Positions 13,194 to 23,487 of a stretch of DNA of 64,000 nucleotides are shown one piece after another. The notes below the pieces were generated by a model. The model saw nothing but the letters and a program-made list of their open reading frames with translations, was not told the DNA's origin and ran no database searches. Position numbers and translations under genes: made by a program. The stretch spans positions 5,828,001 through 5,892,000 of the forward strand of contig JBHGNT010000002.1 of assembly GCA_043228905.1 (NCBI GenBank), given 5' to 3'. Origin of the DNA: Azolla caroliniana. Lineage: Eukaryota > Plantae > Polypodiophyta. How positions within the stretch are numbered: the first letter of the stretch is position 1; each line of letters begins with the position of its first letter.

Positions 13194-14171
13194 ATGGAAG
13201 AGAAGGGTTTGCAAAATTTCCTAATTTTGTCAATTCTACTTTTTTCGACCACCTTAGTAATTCATGTGCCGTTAACGACCTATGCTATCTCCCCTTCTTC
13301 ACTTCTATATCCAACTCCAATTATAGCTCCAATTCTTGCTTCAACTCCAACAACAATTCCGACAATTCCACCAACTCCAGCAATTCCAGCACTTCCACCA
13401 ATTCCATCAATTCCAACAATTGCAACAATTGCAACAATTCCAACAATCCCACCAATTCCAACAATCCCACCAATTCCAACAATTCCACCAATCCCACCAA
13501 TTCCAACAATTCCACCAATTCCAACAATTCCAACAATTCCACCAATTCCAACAATCCCAACAATTCCAACAGTTCCAACAGTTTCAGCACTTCCAACAAT
13601 TCCACCAATTCCAACAATCCCAACAATACCAACTGTTCCAACTGTCCCAACAGTTCCAACTGTTCCAACGGTCCCAACAGTCCCAACAGTCCCAACAGTT
13701 CCAACAGTCCCAACAGTGCCAACAGTCCCAACAGTCCCAACAGTCCCAACAGTTCCAACAGTTTCAACACTTCCACCAATTCCACCAATTCCAACAATTC
13801 CACCAGTTCCAACAATTCCAACAATTCCACCAGTTCCAACAATTCCAACAATTCCAACAGTTCCAACAGTTTCAGCACTTCCAACAATTCCACCAATTCC
13901 AACAATTCCAACAATTCCACCAATTCCAACAATTCCAACGATTCCACCAGTTCCAACAATTCCAACAATTCCAACAATTCCACCAATTCCAACAATTCCA
14001 ACAGTTCCAACAGTTTCAACACTTCCACCAATTCCACCAATTCCAACAATTCCAACAATTCCAACTATTCCAACAATTCCACCTATTCCAACAATTCCAC
14101 CAGTTCCAACAATTCCAACAATTCCACCAACTCCAACAATTCCAACCACTCCAGCACCAACTAATGCATAA
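13194..14171 (+). CDS. Secreted Pro/Thr/Ile/Val-rich tripeptide-repeat protein (HRGP/PRP-like cell-wall protein)
   Basis: Intact 325-aa ORF; hydrophobic N-terminal signal-like segment (FLILSILLFSTTLVIHVPLTTYA); (PTI/PPI/PTV)n body; upstream TATA; AATAAA motifs at 14250-14280. Confidence 0.8.
   Translation: MEEKGLQNFLILSILLFSTTLVIHVPLTTYAISPSSLLYPTPIIAPILASTPTTIPTIPPTPAIPALPPIPSIPTIATIATIPTIPPIPTIPPIPTIPPIPPIPTIPPIPTIPTIPPIPTIPTIPTVPTVSALPTIPPIPTIPTIPTVPTVPTVPTVPTVPTVPTVPTVPTVPTVPTVPTVPTVPTVPTVSTLPPIPPIPTIPPVPTIPTIPPVPTIPTIPTVPTVSALPTIPPIPTIPTIPPIPTIPTIPPVPTIPTIPTIPPIPTIPTVPTVSTLPPIPPIPTIPTIPTIPTIPPIPTIPPVPTIPTIPPTPTIPTTPAPTNA
13340..14150. repeat. 9-bp coding minisatellite (CCAACAATT/CCACCAATT/CCAACAGTY)
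   Basis: Directly visible; higher-order VS[AT]L interruptions at ~13581, 13761, 13869 and 14013. Confidence 0.95.
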
Positions 14172-14849
14172 ATTATAACACATTTCAATTCCATGCTTTA
14201 TCATGCTCCATAACGCACTATGCAATTCATATTGTATCAATTGCATGTCTAAATAAAGTCATATCAATAAATTAATAAATATATGAGTATGAAAAACAAT
14301 GTCTTTTGATTTTTACTATGATACAACAAAATGTGTTATATGGTGTAGTCATTGCTTAATGTGTTCTAAGTATTTCTTAAGTGTGTTTCCTCTAAAAGAA
14401 AAATGTCCAAGATATTCACTACAGTGTCAGGCTCATAAAGTTAGAAACAATTTGTTATCCATATATATGTTTGTGTATTGATTCTTCTCTCATTCTTACT
14501 CCTTGTATTCTTATATGTATCCCCTCTACGGGATGAATTGACAAGATCCGAAATGGAGTAACCTCCAAGATTTGGAAACAATGTAACTTCCAAGATCCGA
14601 AACGGCACAACTGTTCTAATATCTAATTCAATACTAGAACTTACAATATTATTTAATAAATAATGCTAGGAATGATCATACCATTGACACATGACACACT
14701 CGTGAGCATGGATATGAAGTCCATCCGAACTCATAGAATCACAAAAATGATTCTATGATTCAAGCTACCAAAACATTTGATTCGACATGATCATTAATGT
14801 AATAAACATTGTCCTTGAGGTTTCTTCCTTGGAACTTGAGAATAGGTTT

Positions 14850-16700
14850 GGTGGTATCTTTTTTAGTATGGCTTCAATCAGTAGTTGTTAACTCGTTTTT
14901 CGACCACTTCAGCTCAGATTGTGTCGAGCTCTAAGGTTGCATTGTCAATGACTCATACAATCCAATATGGTCTTGCCCATTGCAATTTGAGTTTTCCTGT
15001 TTTAATTCCATTATTGTTTGGAAATCTAATATTGCCTTGCCCACTTTAGTTCGTTGTCACGCTTTCATCGATGCCTCTGAGCTGGTGCCTCCAAAATAGC
15101 TTTTACCTTATTTGGATATGCCACAATGCCCTCTTCATTGATGATATGGCCAAGTAATGCACCACTAGTTACGTGGAGCACGCATTTTGCGAGATTAAGA
15201 CTTTAGTGGACTGTCCGACACTTCTCCAAGCATAGCCGAAGATGATCCAAGTGGTTAGTTCATTTGTTATACACGACGAAATCATCTAGAAATACCTGCA
15301 GAAAGCCTGGAATGTACTCGCCAAAAATGTCCATGATTATTCTTTGAAACATCGCTAGTGCAATATTCGATCTAAACATCATTAATTAAAACGACAAATA
15401 CTCCCCATTCCATCACATATGTCATCTTTTGCTGATCAGCTGGGTGCATCAGGATCGAATTATACCTGCTAAAGCTGTTGATGAAACTGTACACCTCGTG
15501 TCCGACTATGGCATCTTGTAACCCGTCAATAAGTGGTAACAGAAATGCATCTGTAATTATCGTCGCGTTCAATTTCCTCTAATCCACGCATACCTGGATA
15601 TTCCCATTTTTCTTTGGCACCATGACAATTGGGCTTAGCCATGTTGGTTGCTTGACCGGCCAAATAAAGTCGACTCCCAACAATTTGTCAATCTCCTCTT
15701 TTACTTTCGCAACGTAATTTGGGTTCATCTGGTACCATCTTTGCTATAATGGATTCGCATCCTTACTCAAGTGGATCCGATCCTAATAAAATTTCGGCTC
15801 GAGCCCCTTCATGTCTTCGTACGACCAAGCAAAGACATCCTTGTACGCCGTCAACAATTCGATCATCATCGTCGTCTCTTCTAGCTTCATTTTCTTCACA
15901 ATCTACAACGGTCGAGATGCTATGACGGCTTTCGGATACGGCTCCTGTAATTCTTTGTCCATCTCTGTGTCCTTCCCGAACACGTTGTCGTGCCTTTCGG
16001 CGATAGGTTGTTGCATGAGTCGGGTGGAAAACGCTAAGGTTTTAGATTAGGATGAGGAGGAGGAGATTTAGATCGATAGGATTAAGAACAAATTGAAAGA
16101 GAGAGAAATAGGAAATTCGTTAATTCAATGAGTATAGTGTATTATAATAATCAACTCTTTTTAACCCTAATAAATTCCCAAAGATTCAACAACCAATTAC
16201 ATTTTGCTCCCCTCCTTATATAGTGATAGGAGAGGCTAACTATAGCTTACCACATGGCAAGCATCATGCTTTTTCTTCTAACTAAAGTGTTCATGCACAC
16301 TAGATGTGCATGAGTAGCTTTTTCCTAGAATAATTTCTCTAACTATAGTACTCATGCTTTTTCTAAGTATGGAATTCATGCTTTTTCTCACTATAGTACT
16401 CATCCACCCAATATCCTAGTTGTGCATGACTATGTTTCCTAGAATATATGAGAATAAACTTTTGTACAGCTAAAATATATTATATTAATATTCATGATGT
16501 GTTAGTACAATCGTAAGGCATGGGATTTTAACATGGAGGTACAGGGTTTGAATCTTGCCTTGTGCATGTAACATACATTTTTAATATTTTCTTCTCTTTC
16601 TACATACTTATTCAATTAGGTACTCTGTACGCATTTCACATAGTGTATGAAGTACACTACGACAATGTATGGTGTGACCATCTCCACCACATCAATTTTG
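14850..16700 (-). mobile_element. Decayed Ty3/gypsy fragment (RT remnant plus LTR-like sequence from ~16010)
   Basis: WLSPIVMVPKKNG..VCVD and FLDDF-type RT remnants on the minus strand; minus-strand CTATATAAGG at ~16214; boundaries uncertain. Confidence 0.65.
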
Positions 16701-17089
16701 AACAATGAAACTATCTTAGGATTTTCTTCGAGGTACCGGTCCACCTCGTTGGCTAGCCCTTCCATTATATGAATTCCCTCAACGTAAAGTGGGGTTTTGT
16801 TGCCACGTGATCCTACGTTGGCAATTGAACCTTTGTCTTCCCTTGGTTCAAGCTAATTACGTTTTTTTGCCAATTCTATTTTATGTGCACCGTGTGCAAC
16901 CAATGTCGACATAACCATAGTGGGTAAGCTCCCAATGCATCCAATTGTAGAACCACCACCGAAATTTGGAATGGGTATTGTTGAGAGACAACCTCAACAT
17001 GAGCGGAATGGTTAAAGACTAGCAGATTGGATTGGTTGAAGACGCCAACAGTCGAGTCAACGAAGGAGTGAGTGATGCAGCACCGGATT

Positions 17090-20000
17090 CGACACATAGA
17101 GATTTCCAAGCCTTGGAACAACTGGCGAGTAGAGTGTTGTACTAGTTCACGTCCTGTGTGAGCAACCAACTATTGAGCTACATCTGATACTCTAAGACAC
17201 AAAAGGATGCTTCGGAGAATGTGAAGAGGATCTTCACAACAAGCACAATGGACAGAAAGTTGTAGCTCTAACAAGAGTTGAATAACACCTGATAGAGGGA
17301 CATGACGGTGTCGCGAAGATGCGCGCGTGTGTCGCTCGAACGGCACCACCGGGGTCTCTGACTAGCGAGGACGTTTACCAAGTTATCGAGAAACAATGTT
17401 ACCCTTGACAAGATCAAAAGATTGATGATTATAAGAAGTAGAATAAGAAGAATCAAAGATGAAAGAAGATGAACAATAGAAGTATAATTATAAGAAGAAT
17501 TTTATATTGATGATGACGATGGTGATGGTGATTTTCACCAATTGACCCCCCCAATACTCAAGCCCAACTAGAGGCTTTTATAGGTCACTCCATGCTTGTG
17601 ACATGCACAAAACCATGGGCTAAAACCATGGTTTTGTGTACACGGTTTTGACCTTTTGTTACCTGTGAAATACTGAATATGAAAAGAAAATATACAAAAT
17701 GTAAAGCATGTAGTAGTAGCTTTAGTGGTATGATAATTGTTTTTTATCTTAGACGTGCAAGGTTCAAATCCTACTTGCAACCCTCAAGATGCACTCAGTG
17801 CCATCATGTCCTAGGTTTATTTATTATTATTTTCACTTTTACAAGTATTTGTGTACTGTGCATGTATCCTCAAATTTTCATTTTTTCTCGCATTAAACAC
17901 GCCACATCACGACATCCACCCCCACCAAACCGCACATCCTCTGGCATGTGCCAAGAAGGAAAAGAGTGATGTGGTGGGGCCAAAGGTTGTCAACATTCGA
18001 TTTGCTCATTTCTTGTGCCTTGCCCGCACTGTCTTTGTCCCTCCCTTTTGAGCTCGTCCATTCCTTCCAGCCGAACCATCATTGTCAGCCGATCCACCAT
18101 ATCATTCTCTCGCACTTCCCAATGCTATGACCGGTTGACATGCCCCCCTTGGCCCCTCCTCAGCATAACCTTTCACAATTTTTGTATGTGCCACATTCAT
18201 CCCGTCTATCTCCTTGGTCAAGAAACTTTGATCCTTCATTCTTTCTCATCCCTTGCTTGCCTTCACAAGACCTCATTCGAATGTCAATGTTGACTACTCA
18301 TTGTAGTTCCTTCAAGCGCCGTCTCATCTGGGGGTCTCTAAGAGACCATATTGCATGCCTCTCTTTCATCCATTTGTTGTGGTAAACTCTCGCGTTTGAG
18401 TTGATCATCGTACCTTTGATCTTCACACTAGTGTCCTCCCTCATGTTAGAAGACATGATCACTTTCCGAGGTACACCTCTCAAATCCTCTTGGCTTGCTT
18501 CGCTCTCATTGTCCATTGTCACACTTTCTTTGGCCTCTTTGTTGTGCACATTTTCTTTCGTCGTTGTGCTTCATTTGGACTCTTCATCACACACACTGGC
18601 TTCATTCTTCGCTTCCTCGTAGCCACCTTCCATCTCTGTGGTCTAATGTTGGCTCTCGGGTGCTGCCGAGGTCTCTAGAACAAGTGTGGAGGAATCCTCT
18701 CCATGGTCCTTGCTCGTTCTTGCCATCTTTGGGCCGATGTCATTGTCTATGGCTATGTTTCCATCATGTGCATCAGCTCCGACCTTCGCTTCCTCTGTCG
18801 CTTGGGTCCCACGTTAATTCTCGGATGCAACTGCCCAAGTCTCTAGAACAAGTGTGGAGGATTCCATACGCCTTTGGACGATCACCATTGCCATGTTGTC
18901 CATAGCCACCTCCTTGATCTCGTTTTTTGTGGTTACCTCCTTAATCATGTGGGCCTCACACTCTTTATCCTCCTTGATCGTGCAAGCTTCTATTAGGCTT
19001 GCTCCTTCACCACCCAACGTTTCGAACATGACGTGTGTTCTGAAAGATTCTTCGTCCCTTCGACTGGCATTTGTTGTCCTCGATTCATTGGTTTCATCCT
19101 TCTCTGTTGTTTCTTTCCAAGATGAGAAGATGATTTGTTCTTCATTTTCTCTCCTGTGGTACCGCCGTACCGAACTTGAACCTTCGAATCCACCACTTCC
19201 TTAATTTTCATTTGTGGAGAGGTCTCTTCTTCCTCAACCATCATTCGCCTCAGTTTTTGTTCCTTTTGAAGTTTCTCTTGAGCCTCACTTGTGCCTTTAA
19301 GTTCATGAATGCCTCTTTCATAAAGACTTCTATATCGAGCATTGTCGAACCTTCCCTCTTCGAGCTTGCTTCCTTCGGTGGTGGCATGATGCTGCATCTT
19401 GTCCTCCTATCGTCCCTCATCGACTGTGACATTGTCAACAAGATTCCTATCCTCCTCTTGTCATGTCGTTGGCTTTTCACTTTGGCCCAATTTTCAGTGA
19501 GGCCATTCAGACCATCGTCGTCCTCTAGTTGGACTCCAATGGCCGTCCTTTTCTTCCGATCAATTGACTTGACGAACATTAAGACTTTATTCATCCCCAC
19601 CAATCCTTGTTCCCGCTCCGAGAGTTGAGCGAACCGACACTCAAACTCAATGACTGCATGCATAACACTTTGGTGGGTCTTCCTCGATGACACTCATTGG
19701 TCAAACTTTTATAAACCTCGTCCCTTCGGCTCTTCATGATCATATGCCTCTCGTAAAGCTTCTTCGAAGGACACCCACGAATCATGAGCTTTTTGAAGCT
19801 CTTTCATATTTGCAGATTGGTTCGGCCACCACTCGACAAAAGTACTCTGGCCTCATTGCTTCACTCACACATCTTGAATCCATTTCGGCATTGTAGGCCT
19901 CTAGAAAATTTTGGACTTTGCCTCCGTCGAAACAACCGACTTGCTCAACCATGCTTTCGATGGCTTGTTGGGCCGCATCTCGTCTTTTCCCTTCTCTTGA

Positions 20001-20860
20001 AAAATCCATTATCATCTTTGACATTGCCTCCATGAGCGATTCCTCGTCCATCTTCATCCTCCCCTGCCGCTCTTCACTTCGGGTTCACCAAAAGATGTCG
20101 CGAAGATGCGTGTGCGTGTGTCGCTCGAACGGGACCACCGGGGTCTCTAACCAGGGAGGACATTTACCAAGTTATCGAGAAACAATGTTACCCTTCACAA
20201 GATCAAAAGCTTGATGATTATAAGAAGTACAATAAGAATAATCAAAGATGAAAGAAGATGAACAATAGAAGTATAATTATAAGAAGAATTTTATATTGAT
20301 GATGATGACGACGATGGTGATTATCACCTATTGACCCCCCCATACTCAAGCCCACCTAGAGGCTTTTATAGGTCTCTCCATGCTTGTGACATGCACAAAA
20401 CCATGGGCTAAAAACATGGTTCTGTGCACACGGTTTTACTTATGACGTGCACAAAACCATGGGCTTAAAACCATGGTTTTGTGTACACGGTTTTGACTGT
20501 TTGTTACCTATGAAATAATGAATATGAAAAGAAAATATACAAAATGTAAAGCATGTAGTAGTAGCTTTAGTGGTATGATAATTGTTTTTTATCTTAGACG
20601 TGCAAGGTTCAAATCCTACTTGCAACCCTCAATATGCACTCTGTGCCATCATGTCCTAGGTTTATTTATTATTATTTTCACTTTTACAAGTATTTGTGTA
20701 ATGTGCATGTGTCCTCAATTTTTCACTTTTTCTCGCATTAAACACACCACATCACGACAACAGTGGCCGATTACACCTCCAAGGTCAAGGAGATCTGCGA
20801 CTCACTCAATTCCATTAATGTAATGGTGGAAGAGGATGAGATGGTGTAGATCTGTCTTAG
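17090..20860 (+). pseudogene. Copia gag fragment (A-like family), split by the 17309-20759 insertion
   Basis: EQLASRVLY...RDMT|VADYTSKVKEICDSL reads through across the insertion site. Confidence 0.75.
17309..20759 (-). mobile_element. Non-autonomous gag-only gypsy element (Phygy/Selgy-like), LTRs 17309-17913 and 20096-20759
   Basis: TGTCGCG...CACGACA LTR pair; PBS TGGTGAACCCGA (~20079-20090) complementary to the plant tRNA-Trp 3' end; PPT at 17914-17925; gag VGCFDGGKVQNFLEAYNAEM; no pol; 4-bp TSD ACGG/ACAG. Confidence 0.85.
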
Positions 20861-22090
20861 AGGGTAAGTGGATTACAATGCATCGAGCCATAAGGAGCGG
20901 TTCTCGACTCTAGAGTAGCCGAAATAACCGAGGGTTGTCGAAAATGGAGACGATAGCCCTCATCCCATCGAGCAGAACGAGTCGGCGTGGTAGTTGACTT
21001 TACTGGATTGATGATCCAAGTGAAAGAATAGGTCGAGTAGTTGGGCCAACCTGATGGTCGAAGACAAGGCCGACTAGTCGGGCCCACCTGATGGTCAAAG
21101 ACAAGGCCGACTAATCGGGCCAACCTAATGGTCAAAGACAAAGTTTGCTAGTGGTACTGAGTAGATAGTCGACATAGGAGTTGTCTAATCGAATTGACTA
21201 CACTGTCGACCTGTGGGTCGGACGATCGAGTTGACCAGTCAGCCGAATAATTTATAATTATAATATAATAATAGCTTATTGCTTCTACAAATATGTGAAG
21301 GTAGGGCAAACTTTTAGTGTGGTGTGTGCAACTGTAGAAGAAGTAGAGAAGGTGTGGAGCAAATATATCTAACAATGATAGTGTAACAGAGAGAATGTAG
21401 GAGTCAAGAGACTTCCTAGTAAAGAAAAACTTAAGTGGTGAATACTCAATTCAGTAGAGTATATGTAATCTGATTTTCCTCTTGTATCTTTGTAATATAG
21501 TGAAGATTTGTTTGCCCTGTGGTTTTCCCTCACTTTAGGGTTTCCACAAAAACCTGGTATATTGTGTATTCTTTCTATTTTGTTGTCTTGTGTTTTCTGT
21601 TTGGTATATCTTTAGAGTCTATCTGTCTTGTTGATTTATGACCTATATCTTGTCAAATTGGTATCAGAGCTTGAGGTGCAAGAATGGAAGGAGGTGTGAG
21701 CCATTTTCTAGGAATGATAGTCTTGAACTCACACAACTACTTAGATTGGAAGATCAAGATGGAAGATCTTCTAATAGTCAAAGAGTGTTGGAGTCTGAGT
21801 GGAAACTCTTGAATAGGAAGGTAGTGGCCACCATCAGACAATGTGTGGACGTAATTGTTCTATAGCACGTGGCTAAGGACACAAATGCCTACGAAATGTG
21901 GCACAGATTGTCAAGTTTGTATGAAAGGAAAAATGCCCTCAACAAAGCTTCTCTGACGAGAAAGATCATAAGACTGACGTACAGATATGGAGAAAGCATA
22001 GTACTACACATCAACACCTTCCTAGGGTTAGTGGATCAACTTGCAGCAGCAAAGTTTCCCCTAGACAAGGCTCTACAGGCTTTGATACTA
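20861..22090 (+). mobile_element. Copia element H 5' fragment (LTR to ~21655, PBS, gag start)
   Basis: PBS TGGTATCAGAGC at 21659-21670; gag WKIKMEDLL / LNRKVVATIRQ; ~37-bp tandem repeat at 21043-21140. Confidence 0.75.
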
Positions 22091-23305
22091 GTAACTCCCC
22101 CTTCACTCCGGCATGGGGTGCTTTTTCAATCCAATTTGTTTCCGGCATGTATCCAACTTCTCTGCTGACAACACCTTTGTTAGCATGTCTGATCCATTCT
22201 TGATTATGTGGATTTTTACCAAGGAAAAATCCTTTTCTTCTACCTGATCGCGAAGCCAATGGTATCTACTCTAGATATGCTTGGTCCTCGCATGGTTGGT
22301 GGCCTTCTCCGCAAGGTGGATGGTACTTTGGTTATTGTAGTAGAGTTAGAATTCCTCTTGCCGAATTCCCAGCTCTACAATAAACTTCTTCATCCAGATT
22401 ATCTCCTTGTTGGCTTCAATAGTAGCCATGTACTCCAATTTTGTGGTCAATAGCGCCACAACCTTCTGCAACCTCGATTGCCATGAGACAACTCCCCCTG
22501 CATATGTCATTAAATATCTGGACGTGGACCGGTTGGTACCCACATCAACCAACATGTCTGAATCAGTAAAACCTTCTAATATGGGGTTACTTGAGCCAAA
22601 TCAGAGGCACATGCTCGAGGTGCCTCTCAGGTACCGGAGTATCCACACTTGACTGTTGCCCAATGCTCTCTTCTTGGATTGCTCATTCACCGGTTGACGA
22701 CTCCGACTAAGTATCCAATGTCCGGTCTAGTACATACCATTGCGTACATCAGGCTTCCAACTACTGAGGCATATGTGACCTTACTCATCTCAACTTTCTC
22801 CATCTTCATCTTGACAAGAACTACACGCTCCGATGAACACCGCTTGGCCACAACCGAGCTTAGAATAAGACACAAAAAACAGGGAATGAGAGCACAACAC
22901 AGTGGGAGAGAAGAGTACACAGGATGTTTAACGTGGAAAACCCTGAGAGGGAAAAACCACGGGAGTCCACAGACTCCAAACTATCACTATATCACAATGA
23001 TTACAACAGTGATCTTATGAAGGCAACGACCTCGTGCTCATGATCTTCGCCACAGGCGGCGGTTACAACAGAGGCAACGACCTCTTCCTCTCTCTCTCTC
23101 TCTGTACATAGTTACGCGCTCTATAGTCTTGCACCAACAAGAATGACAACAACATTTTTTGAGTTTGCCCTAAGTCATGTTTATACAAATATGACTTTCT
23201 GGCTATTTACAAATATAGCCCTGATGGACTCTCAGAAACATATTTGCGAATATGTCCCTTCATCCAGTGAGCACTCCTCACCGGGCCTGCATCATCCGGC
23301 GATTG

Positions 23306-23487
23306 CCGGGTACTCGTCATCCGGTTCTCACCGGGTCTGCACCATCCGGCTCTCCGTAGCCGGATACTCATCATCCAGTTCTCACCGGGTCTGCACCATC
23401 CGGCTCTACGTAGCCAGGTACTCGTCATCTGGTTCTCACCTGTTCTGCACCATCCGGCTCTCCGTAGCCGGGTACTCGTCATCCGGT
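23306..23487. repeat. 54-bp tandem repeat in the LTR of D (about 3.4 copies)
   Basis: Unit GCCGGGTACTCGTCATCCGGTTCTCACCGGGTCTGCACCATCCGGCTCTCCGTA; only a partial unit in the partner LTR. Confidence 0.85.

Noticed and set aside
13321-14178. Poly-Q/F (13336-14178, +) and poly-L/E (13321-14064, -) ORFs
   Set aside because: Alternative frames of the stop-free 9-bp repeat, with no signal peptide or promoter context.
14541-14615. ~24-bp triplicated CAAGATCCGAAA repeat
   Set aside because: Short and degenerate; probably part of a TE untranslated region.
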